Shown: positions 1 through 6,656 of the stretch, one piece after another
Layout: each line of letters starts with the position of its first letter
Numbering within the stretch: the first letter of the stretch is position 1
The notes under the pieces: model-generated
Databases searched by the model: none
Seen by the model: the letters and a program-made list of their open reading frames with translations, nothing else
Told to the model about the DNA's origin: nothing
From: an uncultured virus (IMG/VR IMGVR_UViG_3300031998_000073)
Taxonomy: Duplodnaviria > Heunggongvirae > Uroviricota > Caudoviricetes
DNA length: 20,000 nt
Reading direction: 5' to 3' (one strand)
IMG/VR virus record: IMGVR_UViG_3300031998_000073
Program-made: the position numbers and the translations under genes

Positions 1-215
1 AGCCTGACGAGCAGGCATACAAGGAGCTGCTGATCTACGAGCGGAAGGAGGACGGCACTATGGGCAACGTGGACGGGAAGAACAACCACGACGATATCGT
101 GATGTCAACGGGCATCGGCCTGTGGGTGAGCCAGCGGATGCCGCTGCCGACATGGAAGGTGGAGGAGAAGGGATCCGGTGAGGCCAGGGGATCAGGTACG
201 GTAGCGGACTTTTAG
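1..215 (+). CDS. terL: Terminase large subunit, C-terminal nuclease end (5' partial)
   Basis: Frame from nt 3 reads PDEQAYKELLIYERKEDGTMGNVDGKNNHDDIVMSTGIGLWV...ADF* (TAG 213-215). 'HDDIVMS' is the typical last acidic motif of the TerL RNase H-like domain. The portal gene is nearby. Confidence 0.8.
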   Translation, partial: PDEQAYKELLIYERKEDGTMGNVDGKNNHDDIVMSTGIGLWVSQRMPLPTWKVEEKGSGEARGSGTVADF

Positions 216-218
216 TAG

Positions 219-246
219 ATTGAAAATTGAAGATTGAAGATTGAAA
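219..246. repeat. 4x heptamer tandem repeat ATTGAAR
   Basis: ATTGAAA-ATTGAAG-ATTGAAG-ATTGAAA, between two convergent stop codons. Confidence 0.9.
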
Positions 247-537
247 TCACTTCTCGTCATCCCACTTGGTACAGATGCCAAGCAGGGTCTCGAAGTCTGA
301 GGCCTCGATGGTGGCGTCGATCTCCACGGGCTTCGGGACGATCAGCTTTGTCAGCTCATTGCGGACAGTGATGAAGAACTTGCGGTCTTCGGCATTGTTC
401 GGGGAGTTCTTAGCATAGTACATGAAGGCATCGCGGTACTCTTCCTGGGAGTCGCCGAGCAGGCCCTTGATGAAATCCTTTTCATCCTTGCCCACCTTGT
501 TCTGTGCGCCCTTCGGACGGCCTGCCTTCCTTGCCAT
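247..537 (-). CDS. Small basic protein, possible terminase small subunit / DNA-binding protein
   Basis: 96 aa. N-terminal GRPKGAQNK resembles the GRPKGxxNK start of TerS-like proteins, followed by a helical body. Lies in the packaging region. Confidence 0.45.
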   Translation of the reverse strand: MARKAGRPKGAQNKVGKDEKDFIKGLLGDSQEEYRDAFMYYAKNSPNNAEDRKFFITVRNELTKLIVPKPVEIDATIEASDFETLLGICTKWDDEK

Positions 538-541
538 AATG

Positions 542-1099
542 CTAACCTAAGAATGACGGGTGAATGTTCATGGGGCCGAGGCGGGAGTTGATCAGGGCGT
601 TGATCTCGTTATAGGACTCGGCAGACTCCTTCTCGCACATGGCCGTATAAGGGTCGCTGGTCAGTGCGACAAGCAGGATATTGTACTCGACGGACTTTAC
701 GATGTAGTTGTGTACGGCATCGCGCAAGGGGTCGATGCAGTGTGGCGGCCAGTTGCCGGGAAGGGACAGGTAGATGCTCTTCTCCTCCCAGCCAGACGTG
801 TGGTTGCTTGATATGCGGTGGACGAACGGCGACGGCAGGAAGAGGTACGCCTGCATGCGGCTCACACACTTGTCAAGGGCACGGTCTATCTGTCGGTTGA
901 CGGTGTATCCTTCGGATTCGCTGCCGGTGAGGATCGGCGTCTCGAGCTTTCGCTGCTTCTCCAGACTGTTGATGTCGGCCTCGATGTCGTGTACGATCTC
1001 CGGCTTCAGGATGATGATCTCGACAATCTGGCTGTCCCTCCGCGGTCTGGGAAGCGCGGAGGGCAGCAGGCGGTCTGTGTGAAGATGATGCGGGTACAT
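542..1099 (-). CDS. Putative head-tail connector / ring protein (paralog 4)
   Basis: 185 aa. Segment IYLSLPGNWPPHCIDPLRDAVHNYIVKSVEY aligns with the three upstream paralogs. In the portal operon. Confidence 0.55.
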   Translation of the reverse strand: MYPHHLHTDRLLPSALPRPRRDSQIVEIIILKPEIVHDIEADINSLEKQRKLETPILTGSESEGYTVNRQIDRALDKCVSRMQAYLFLPSPFVHRISSNHTSGWEEKSIYLSLPGNWPPHCIDPLRDAVHNYIVKSVEYNILLVALTSDPYTAMCEKESAESYNEINALINSRLGPMNIHPSFLG

Positions 1100-1106
1100 G
1101 TGAGTA

Positions 1107-1134
1107 ATTGAAAATTGAAGATTGAAAATTGAAG
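1107..1134. repeat. 4x heptamer tandem repeat ATTGAAR
   Basis: ATTGAAA-ATTGAAG-ATTGAAA-ATTGAAG, intergenic, same unit and orientation as 219-246. Confidence 0.9.
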
Positions 1135-1135
1135 A

Positions 1136-1993
1136 TTATTTCACTACCCTTACTGCAAACTTGGCAAACACACGGTCATCGTGGCGCGAGAAGAGGGTTA
1201 CGACGCAGAAGCCTGCGGACATTCCCTTCAGGTGCCAGCGCCCGTCATTGCCGATGCAGGGATGGCAGCAGGGATTGTCGGCACGTACCATGATGTCGTC
1301 GATGACGGACGTGTCGTTGTCATCGCCGTAGATGGTGTACGAGATCTCGCTGTCGTCGCCGATGCCGATGATCCACGGATTGGAGAACAGCTGCACGTCC
1401 TGTACGTGCCCCGTGTTGTCCGGCGTGATGATGCCTGGCACGTCATCGCGCGACGGGATGACCGGGTATCTGATCACTATGGACTTCGGGAACCGGTAGA
1501 GGGGAGCCGACGGAGCCGTCTTCTGGAAGCAGGCCATGATGCCGGCACGGTCTTCCTCGGCAGCGCCTCCGTAGATGGCCGCAAACTCCTTGCTGACGCT
1601 GTGCCACCAGAGATAGATCATGCGGTCTTCGACGAACTTCTGCGATAGGCGGGCCAGCGTTTTAGTGTAGCCGTCGTTGAAGCGGTCTGATACGTTCAGC
1701 AGGATATCCGTCACTCCGTTGGCCTCGGTGCCGCTGATGGTGGCGTCCTCGGCGACGTTGCCGCCGCCGGTGAGATAGTCGGCAAAGAAGGTCTTCAGCA
1801 CCTCTATCTGTGAGAACATGTAGCGTGAGAGCATCGCCTCATGGTATGCCTCGTTGCCTGCCTGCTCATGGAAGGCGGCTGCGATGAGCTTTGGATCCAC
1901 GGCCTTGTCAACGACGCCCTTCTGATAGGTCTCGTTCTTGGCCGAGTTCATGGCCAGGCCGTGGATGATAGTGATCTTGATAGTCTTACTCAT
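1136..1993 (-). CDS. Putative connector / ring protein (paralog 3) with C-terminal beta-rich (Ig-like) extension
   Basis: 285 aa. N-terminal ~165 aa is clearly similar to 2007-2537 (MSKTI..., DPxL, VxDRxNDG, YxWW, CxxKTAP). The extra C-terminus is beta-strand-like (LKGMSAGFCVVTL...FAVRVV). Confidence 0.6.
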   Translation of the reverse strand: MSKTIKITIIHGLAMNSAKNETYQKGVVDKAVDPKLIAAAFHEQAGNEAYHEAMLSRYMFSQIEVLKTFFADYLTGGGNVAEDATISGTEANGVTDILLNVSDRFNDGYTKTLARLSQKFVEDRMIYLWWHSVSKEFAAIYGGAAEEDRAGIMACFQKTAPSAPLYRFPKSIVIRYPVIPSRDDVPGIITPDNTGHVQDVQLFSNPWIIGIGDDSEISYTIYGDDNDTSVIDDIMVRADNPCCHPCIGNDGRWHLKGMSAGFCVVTLFSRHDDRVFAKFAVRVVK

Positions 1994-2006
1994 GTCTTCT
2001 GTGCTT

Positions 2007-2537
2007 TTAGTTCTGCGTCACTGTGCCGGTGACGTCGGTGTAGTCGGCTGACGATGCCTCGGGTGCCGTCTTGGACAGGCAGAGCCGGATATGGTTGACG
2101 GCATCCTGGGCGTCAACGACAAAGTTCTTTGAGTACTCGGGCTTGCTCTTTCGCCACCAGTCGTAGAGCATCTGGCTGATAAGGTACTCCTCACAGAGCG
2201 ACGACATGGGCTTGGCCAGCCCGTCGTTGTAGCGGTCATTGACGACCATGGTGACGGTGAACGTGTCGGATAATGAGGAGAGCGTGTCGCTGATGGAGCC
2301 TGTCGCCACTTCAAGGAACTCGGCCATTTGTGCCTCGAACTTCCCGAGGGCGGCCTTCAGGTAGCGTAGCATCTGGCGGTCCTGGTGCTGCTCCCCTCCT
2401 GCCTGCTGTGCGGAGGCCGATGCGGCCAGCTTCACGGGATCCTCCACCTTCTCTATGCGCGCGGTGTCGAACGAGTCTGCCTTGACGGCCTCGAAGATCA
2501 GCGCCTTGTCGAGATTCAATACGATAGTCTTTGACAT
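2007..2537 (-). CDS. Putative connector / ring protein (paralog 2)
   Basis: 176 aa, helical; VNDRYNDGLAKPMSSLCEEYLISQMLYDWW is shared with its neighbours. Confidence 0.6.
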   Translation of the reverse strand: MSKTIVLNLDKALIFEAVKADSFDTARIEKVEDPVKLAASASAQQAGGEQHQDRQMLRYLKAALGKFEAQMAEFLEVATGSISDTLSSLSDTFTVTMVVNDRYNDGLAKPMSSLCEEYLISQMLYDWWRKSKPEYSKNFVVDAQDAVNHIRLCLSKTAPEASSADYTDVTGTVTQN

Positions 2538-2548
2538 ATTTATATATA

Positions 2549-3019
2549 TTATGTGGTTGTGATTACTGTCGAAGTGGATGATACGATGTCGTGCGTGCCC
2601 TCCGGCGCCTTCTTCTCATGGATGAGGCGCACGACGGCAGAGAGCTGGCGCTTCATGTCGCCGAAATACTTGTCTGCGATTCGCGGTGACGTGACGGTGA
2701 ACCAGGAATAGAGGGCGTAGGACACGCAGTACTCGTCACACGACTTGCTGATGAAGTTGTTGAGTGCGTCGTTGTGGCTTGTCGGCAGCGTAATCGTGAT
2801 GGTGTCATTTTCCTCTGCGGTGATGAAGGCCTCCATCTCTGCCGCGATGTCGATGACGGCCTGACGGAGGTAGTCCTCGATGATGCCCTTCTCGTTGGTG
2901 CCGAGGGTGATGTCCCCAAAGAGGCGGTTGCCGTTATCGTCGGTACTCCGTTTGCCGATGATGGAGAGTGAGCGGGAAACCTTGCCGTACAGGGCCGTAT
3001 AGTCGAATGTCTTCTGCAT
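2549..3019 (-). CDS. Putative connector / ring protein (paralog 1)
   Basis: 156 aa, directly downstream of the portal; ITLPTSHNDAL...CDEYCVSYALYSWF...KKAP. Confidence 0.6.
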   Translation of the reverse strand: MQKTFDYTALYGKVSRSLSIIGKRSTDDNGNRLFGDITLGTNEKGIIEDYLRQAVIDIAAEMEAFITAEENDTITITLPTSHNDALNNFISKSCDEYCVSYALYSWFTVTSPRIADKYFGDMKRQLSAVVRLIHEKKAPEGTHDIVSSTSTVITTT

Positions 3020-3025
3020 AGGCGG

Positions 3026-5065
3026 TTACTGTTGGAGTGTGAACGGCTGTCCTGCGCCCTGGCGGGTCAGGAGCTGGCCGGGGCCGTTAAGCAACTGTGT
3101 GGCGATCTGTGCCTGCTGCTGGTCTGCACCCGGAACCTGGACGGGAGCGCCCGGCACCTGTCCTGACATGACCTGCTGCTGGTAGTTGTCGATATCCTGG
3201 AGGAGCTTGTCGGTGAACGGGGCGTCGAGGTTCTTCAGGTAGGTACGCACGTCGATGGCCCTGCTCTCCCAGAGCATGTTCAGCACCTCGTTGCCCATCT
3301 GGTAGAAGGCAGCCGAGGCCGCGGAGTTCTTGATGGAGACGTTCGCCTTGACGTTGCGGCAGGCGTTGGCACGGTAGAAGACCTGCCTGTCGGACTTCTT
3401 CGGCGTGATGTCGCGCCCCTCCTCGTAGAACTGCTGGAGAGATACCAGCGTCTTCATGGCTACGCGCTCCTCGAAGCCGTTGAACTTCTTGATCAGCGGG
3501 TAGATGGTCGTGGTGGCGTTCTGTGCCTCCATGGCGTAGCGCGAGGCAGCCGTGCCGCTGGTGGGCGTCTTGCCCTGGAGGGCGCCGGACACGCCAGACA
3601 CCTCATGTATCATGTTGAGCTGCGTCTGCAGCATCTCGTTGGCGCCCGTGTTGAATGCCGAGTGCGTATAGAACTCCGGCTTTGCGCCCGTCTGCCGCTT
3701 CGTGTCATCATAGACGAACACGGCGTCGAAGCGGGACTTCTGGCTGGCATACTCCTCGGTGCTCATTCCCTCCGGCCTCAGCGACAGCGGGAGGAACGTC
3801 ATGCCCTTGGCAGCGGTACGGATGGCGTAGTCGTTGATCATCACCATGCGGTTGATGTACTTCTGCTGGTCGATGAAGCTGCCCATGAAGGAATGTACCT
3901 CGCCGTTGACGAACGGGAATAGCGACATGGTGAAGGGATGGCTCTTGTAGTCGTAGGGCGTCTCACCCTCGCAGAGGATCCGTCCGTCGGGAGCCATGAA
4001 GTAGTACTGCCAGTACTTGTCAACGATCTCACGGGCCGTGATAAGCGCCCACTGATCCCTGGGCACATTCTTCTCCTCATACAGTGCCATGCGCTCACGG
4101 TTGATGTCGATGACATACTTCAGATCCTCCTTCTCGCAGCGGAAATACTTGTCTATCTGATCGGTGGCCAGCGGGTCGAAGCACTGGTAGCGGGGCTTCA
4201 CCTCCTCGCGCCACACCTCGATGACACGGCAGAGGCCGAGGTTGGACGGCTGGTAGAATGACAGGCTTTCGTAGCTGTGCCTGTCGTTGAGCTGCTGAGA
4301 CGTCTGGCGGTTCATGTTGCCCACCTCGCCGATATGGAAGATCTCATCGAGGTCGTCGATGGTCAGCCCGTACTCCGGCTTGGCGAAGTGGTAGTAGATG
4401 TTCTCGGGCGTCATCTCATGCAGGCATCCGATCATGTGGATATCCTGATGGGTAGGATCGCTGCCGCCCTCCCAGAACATGATGTCGGGGTTCATGACGT
4501 CGTTGTACGAGTCGAAGAGTTCCTGGCGCTCCTCGAACGTGTTTCGCATGAAGGCCGCGGATGATATGAGGTATTCGGCGAAGCCTGAGTCGAGCTTCTC
4601 CGACATGTACTGGTTCTGCCAGTTGGTCTGTATGGCTGCGGAGAGGTTGTCGGAGAGTTCCTTGGCCGCCTGGTTGCGCGCGTAGCATACAGGCTCCGTC
4701 TCCTGCTTGGCATGGATGCCGAAGACGCTCATCCACAATGAGATCATGATATTGTTCTTCAGCGGCGTGAGGCCCTGCATCTGGATCCACCTCTCTTCGG
4801 TCATGTCGCCGTGGCCATAGACGTGTATCACCTCGCCCCACTGGTTGCCGAAGAGCATCTTCAGCACGCGGTGCCGCTCCTGCCTGAAATCATCCTTGTT
4901 ATTCCATGAGCGCGCGCACTCGGAAAGCAGCGCCTGGTCGTACTTCTCTTCCTGCAGATTGCGCTCCCGGCGCTCCTTGACGGTGTCCCTCCGGCTGCCC
5001 TTCTGCAGCGGACGGACGTCATCGAGTGTGAGCAGCGGCCTTGTCGGCTTTGTCGGCTTTGTCAT
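3026..5065 (-). CDS. Portal protein (P22/podovirus-like)
   Basis: 679 aa. Has 'FGNQW', 'PLKNN', 'VIEVW', 'GETPY..KSHPF', 'FIDQQKYINR', 'EVSGVSGALQG' and a Q-rich tail, which matches the size and motif order of P22-type portals. Confidence 0.85.
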   Translation of the reverse strand: MTKPTKPTRPLLTLDDVRPLQKGSRRDTVKERRERNLQEEKYDQALLSECARSWNNKDDFRQERHRVLKMLFGNQWGEVIHVYGHGDMTEERWIQMQGLTPLKNNIMISLWMSVFGIHAKQETEPVCYARNQAAKELSDNLSAAIQTNWQNQYMSEKLDSGFAEYLISSAAFMRNTFEERQELFDSYNDVMNPDIMFWEGGSDPTHQDIHMIGCLHEMTPENIYYHFAKPEYGLTIDDLDEIFHIGEVGNMNRQTSQQLNDRHSYESLSFYQPSNLGLCRVIEVWREEVKPRYQCFDPLATDQIDKYFRCEKEDLKYVIDINRERMALYEEKNVPRDQWALITAREIVDKYWQYYFMAPDGRILCEGETPYDYKSHPFTMSLFPFVNGEVHSFMGSFIDQQKYINRMVMINDYAIRTAAKGMTFLPLSLRPEGMSTEEYASQKSRFDAVFVYDDTKRQTGAKPEFYTHSAFNTGANEMLQTQLNMIHEVSGVSGALQGKTPTSGTAASRYAMEAQNATTTIYPLIKKFNGFEERVAMKTLVSLQQFYEEGRDITPKKSDRQVFYRANACRNVKANVSIKNSAASAAFYQMGNEVLNMLWESRAIDVRTYLKNLDAPFTDKLLQDIDNYQQQVMSGQVPGAPVQVPGADQQQAQIATQLLNGPGQLLTRQGAGQPFTLQQ

Positions 5066-5085
5066 ATACCTGAGTCTTTTTTGTG

Positions 5086-5125
5086 CAAAGATAAGCCCCG
5101 GAGGCGGTTATCTTTTCATATAATT
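5086..5125 (-). promoter_or_regulatory. Promoter of the portal operon: AATTATATGAAA-N20-TATCTTTG
   Basis: Bacteroidetes -7 element TAnnTTTG (5093-5086) lies 20 nt upstream of the portal ATG; the upstream 12-mer is at 5125-5114. Confidence 0.8.
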
Positions 5126-5157
5126 TCGCCAGCCGTACAAATCTGCGACAACGGAAA

Positions 5158-5197
5158 AATTATATGAAAGAACAAGGTGTTTTATCCCTTAATTTTG
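5158..5197 (+). promoter_or_regulatory. Promoter of the capsid/tail operon: AATTATATGAAA-N20-TAATTTTG
   Basis: -7 element at 5190-5197 and 12-mer at 5158-5169; ATG at 5217. Confidence 0.8.
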
Positions 5198-5216
5198 GGG
5201 CATAATTTTTCAGAAC

Positions 5217-5648
5217 ATGGCAGAAAAGACCAACAAGATCCCGAAGAAGGCATACGCGGTGATGCAGGATGCGCTGTTTGAAAAGGACGGCACAGGTGCA
5301 TACAAGCCGCGCGAGATGGCCAAGGAGGGCATGACCTCCCTGAAGAAGCATGCCACAAGCCTTGTGGTGGTATGTACCGACAGCAGCGTGGAGGACGTTA
5401 CAAGCCTGCTGACGAAGAACGAGATCCCGCACGACAAGGTGGTCAGGCTGGATGAAAACTTCGACTATATCGTGACCGGCGACGACAACTGCGTCAAGGC
5501 ATGGTCGTGGAAGGGCGCGCTGGAGGATATCGGCTGGAAGCTGAAGCACCAGCCTGAGCCTAAGCAGGACACGCAGAAGCAGGCCGACAACTCGCTGGAA
5601 CACTTCTTCAAGAATGCACAGAAGGACTGCTGTGTATGTGGAGATTAA
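5217..5648 (+). CDS. Hypothetical protein, possibly degenerate HAD-fold
   Basis: 143 aa, first gene of the operon. The pattern resembles small phage HAD proteins but lacks a DxD motif I. Confidence 0.55.
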   Translation: MAEKTNKIPKKAYAVMQDALFEKDGTGAYKPREMAKEGMTSLKKHATSLVVVCTDSSVEDVTSLLTKNEIPHDKVVRLDENFDYIVTGDDNCVKAWSWKGALEDIGWKLKHQPEPKQDTQKQADNSLEHFFKNAQKDCCVCGD

Positions 5649-5673
5649 TCAAAATTTAATAACTGAGATATAT

Positions 5674-6480
5674 ATGGCTACAACAGACACCAACGGAGGG
5701 CAGGAAGCCCAGCAGCAGCCGCAGAGCGCGCGAGACCGCTACCGCAGCCGCTACAGTGCAGCCCACCCAGACCTGAACCTCGACGATGACGAGGCTTTCT
5801 ACGACCAGGCCAACCGGAACCTTGACGAACTCGAGGACTTCCGCAAGACCAACAAGGAGCTTGGCGACGCCTTCGACAAGACCCCGCTTCTGGCCGGCAT
5901 CGTGCTTGCCGCGAGATCCGGCGAGAATCCCTTTACCTATCTTGCGGAGCAGATCGGCCCCGATGCCGACATCCGTGAGCTGGCCAGTAACCCCGAGTTC
6001 AGCAAGGCCATGGGCGACGCCCTGGCAAAGTTCCAGGAGCGTCAGGCCGCAGGCGCCAAGGCAGATAAGGAGGCCGGGGAGAACTTCCAGAAGAGCATGG
6101 ACGCCCTGGCAGAGCTTCAGCAGGAGAGGGGACTGAGTGACGAGGACCGCATCGGACTCATCAAGAAGCTCTTCGGCGTGATCGACCCTGAGACAAAGGA
6201 GGTCATCGAGCCGGGCATCATCGGCAACGCCTCCGTCGGCATCGTGCCCAAGGAGGTGTGGGAGGCCGTGCTGAAGGCACAGAACTACGACAGCGACATC
6301 GCATCGGCCACCGAGAAGGCGCGCGCCACTGCACTCAACGAGAAGATCCAGAACGGCAGGAAGGACTTCAAGGGCGCAGGCGTCCCCAGCCTCGGCAGCG
6401 GCAGCGCAGGCGCACGTACCGCTCCGAAGAAGAAGAACGACGGCAGTCTGAAGGCATTCCAGGAGAGCTTGGGCGTATGA
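5674..6480 (+). CDS. Putative capsid scaffolding protein
   Basis: Acidic, helical/coiled-coil protein with a low-complexity basic C-terminal tail, upstream of the capsid gene. ATG 5674 follows an AT-rich leader and is preferred over 5614, which overlaps the previous gene. Confidence 0.65.
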   Translation: MATTDTNGGQEAQQQPQSARDRYRSRYSAAHPDLNLDDDEAFYDQANRNLDELEDFRKTNKELGDAFDKTPLLAGIVLAARSGENPFTYLAEQIGPDADIRELASNPEFSKAMGDALAKFQERQAAGAKADKEAGENFQKSMDALAELQQERGLSDEDRIGLIKKLFGVIDPETKEVIEPGIIGNASVGIVPKEVWEAVLKAQNYDSDIASATEKARATALNEKIQNGRKDFKGAGVPSLGSGSAGARTAPKKKNDGSLKAFQESLGV

Positions 6481-6656
6481 TGAAGGACTGTCCCGTTATG
6501 GATCCCAGCCCGGGGCATCCAGACCCAGTGGATCCGGCAAAGAGCGACATGCTCCCATTCGGACGCAGAGCAGGACAGAACCTCAGCGGAACGCAGATGA
6601 GCGCAACGCAGCTGAAGCGCGGAGGACTCGTAAGAGCAAGACATATAAAGAAATGA
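6477..6656 (+). CDS. 59-aa mini-protein paralogous to the capsid protein N-arm
   Basis: MMKDCPVMDPSPGHPDPVDP...AGQNLSGTQMSATQLKRGGL...KK*. ATGA overlaps at both ends. 28/46 identities by hand to the MCP region 6803-6940. Confidence 0.75.
   Translation: MMKDCPVMDPSPGHPDPVDPAKSDMLPFGRRAGQNLSGTQMSATQLKRGGLVRARHIKK

Noticed and set aside
219..1134. ATTGAAA(G) resembles the 3' end of some CRISPR repeats
   Set aside because: The units are contiguous 7-mers with no spacers, and no cas genes are present.
5037..5063. 9-bp repeat at the portal start (TKPTKPTRP)
   Set aside because: Short in-frame low-complexity coding repeat with no further evidence of function.
5086..5197. Invertible promoter suggested by the 13-bp inverted repeat
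   Set aside because: The -7 boxes lie outside the repeats, so inversion would not switch them. The repeat is explained by two divergent copies of one promoter motif, and no recombinase is in the window.
6258..6476. ORF-track 5' extension of the mini-gene (132 aa)
   Set aside because: Overlaps the scaffold out of frame with Arg-rich junk composition; ATG 6477 with ATGA coupling is the better start.
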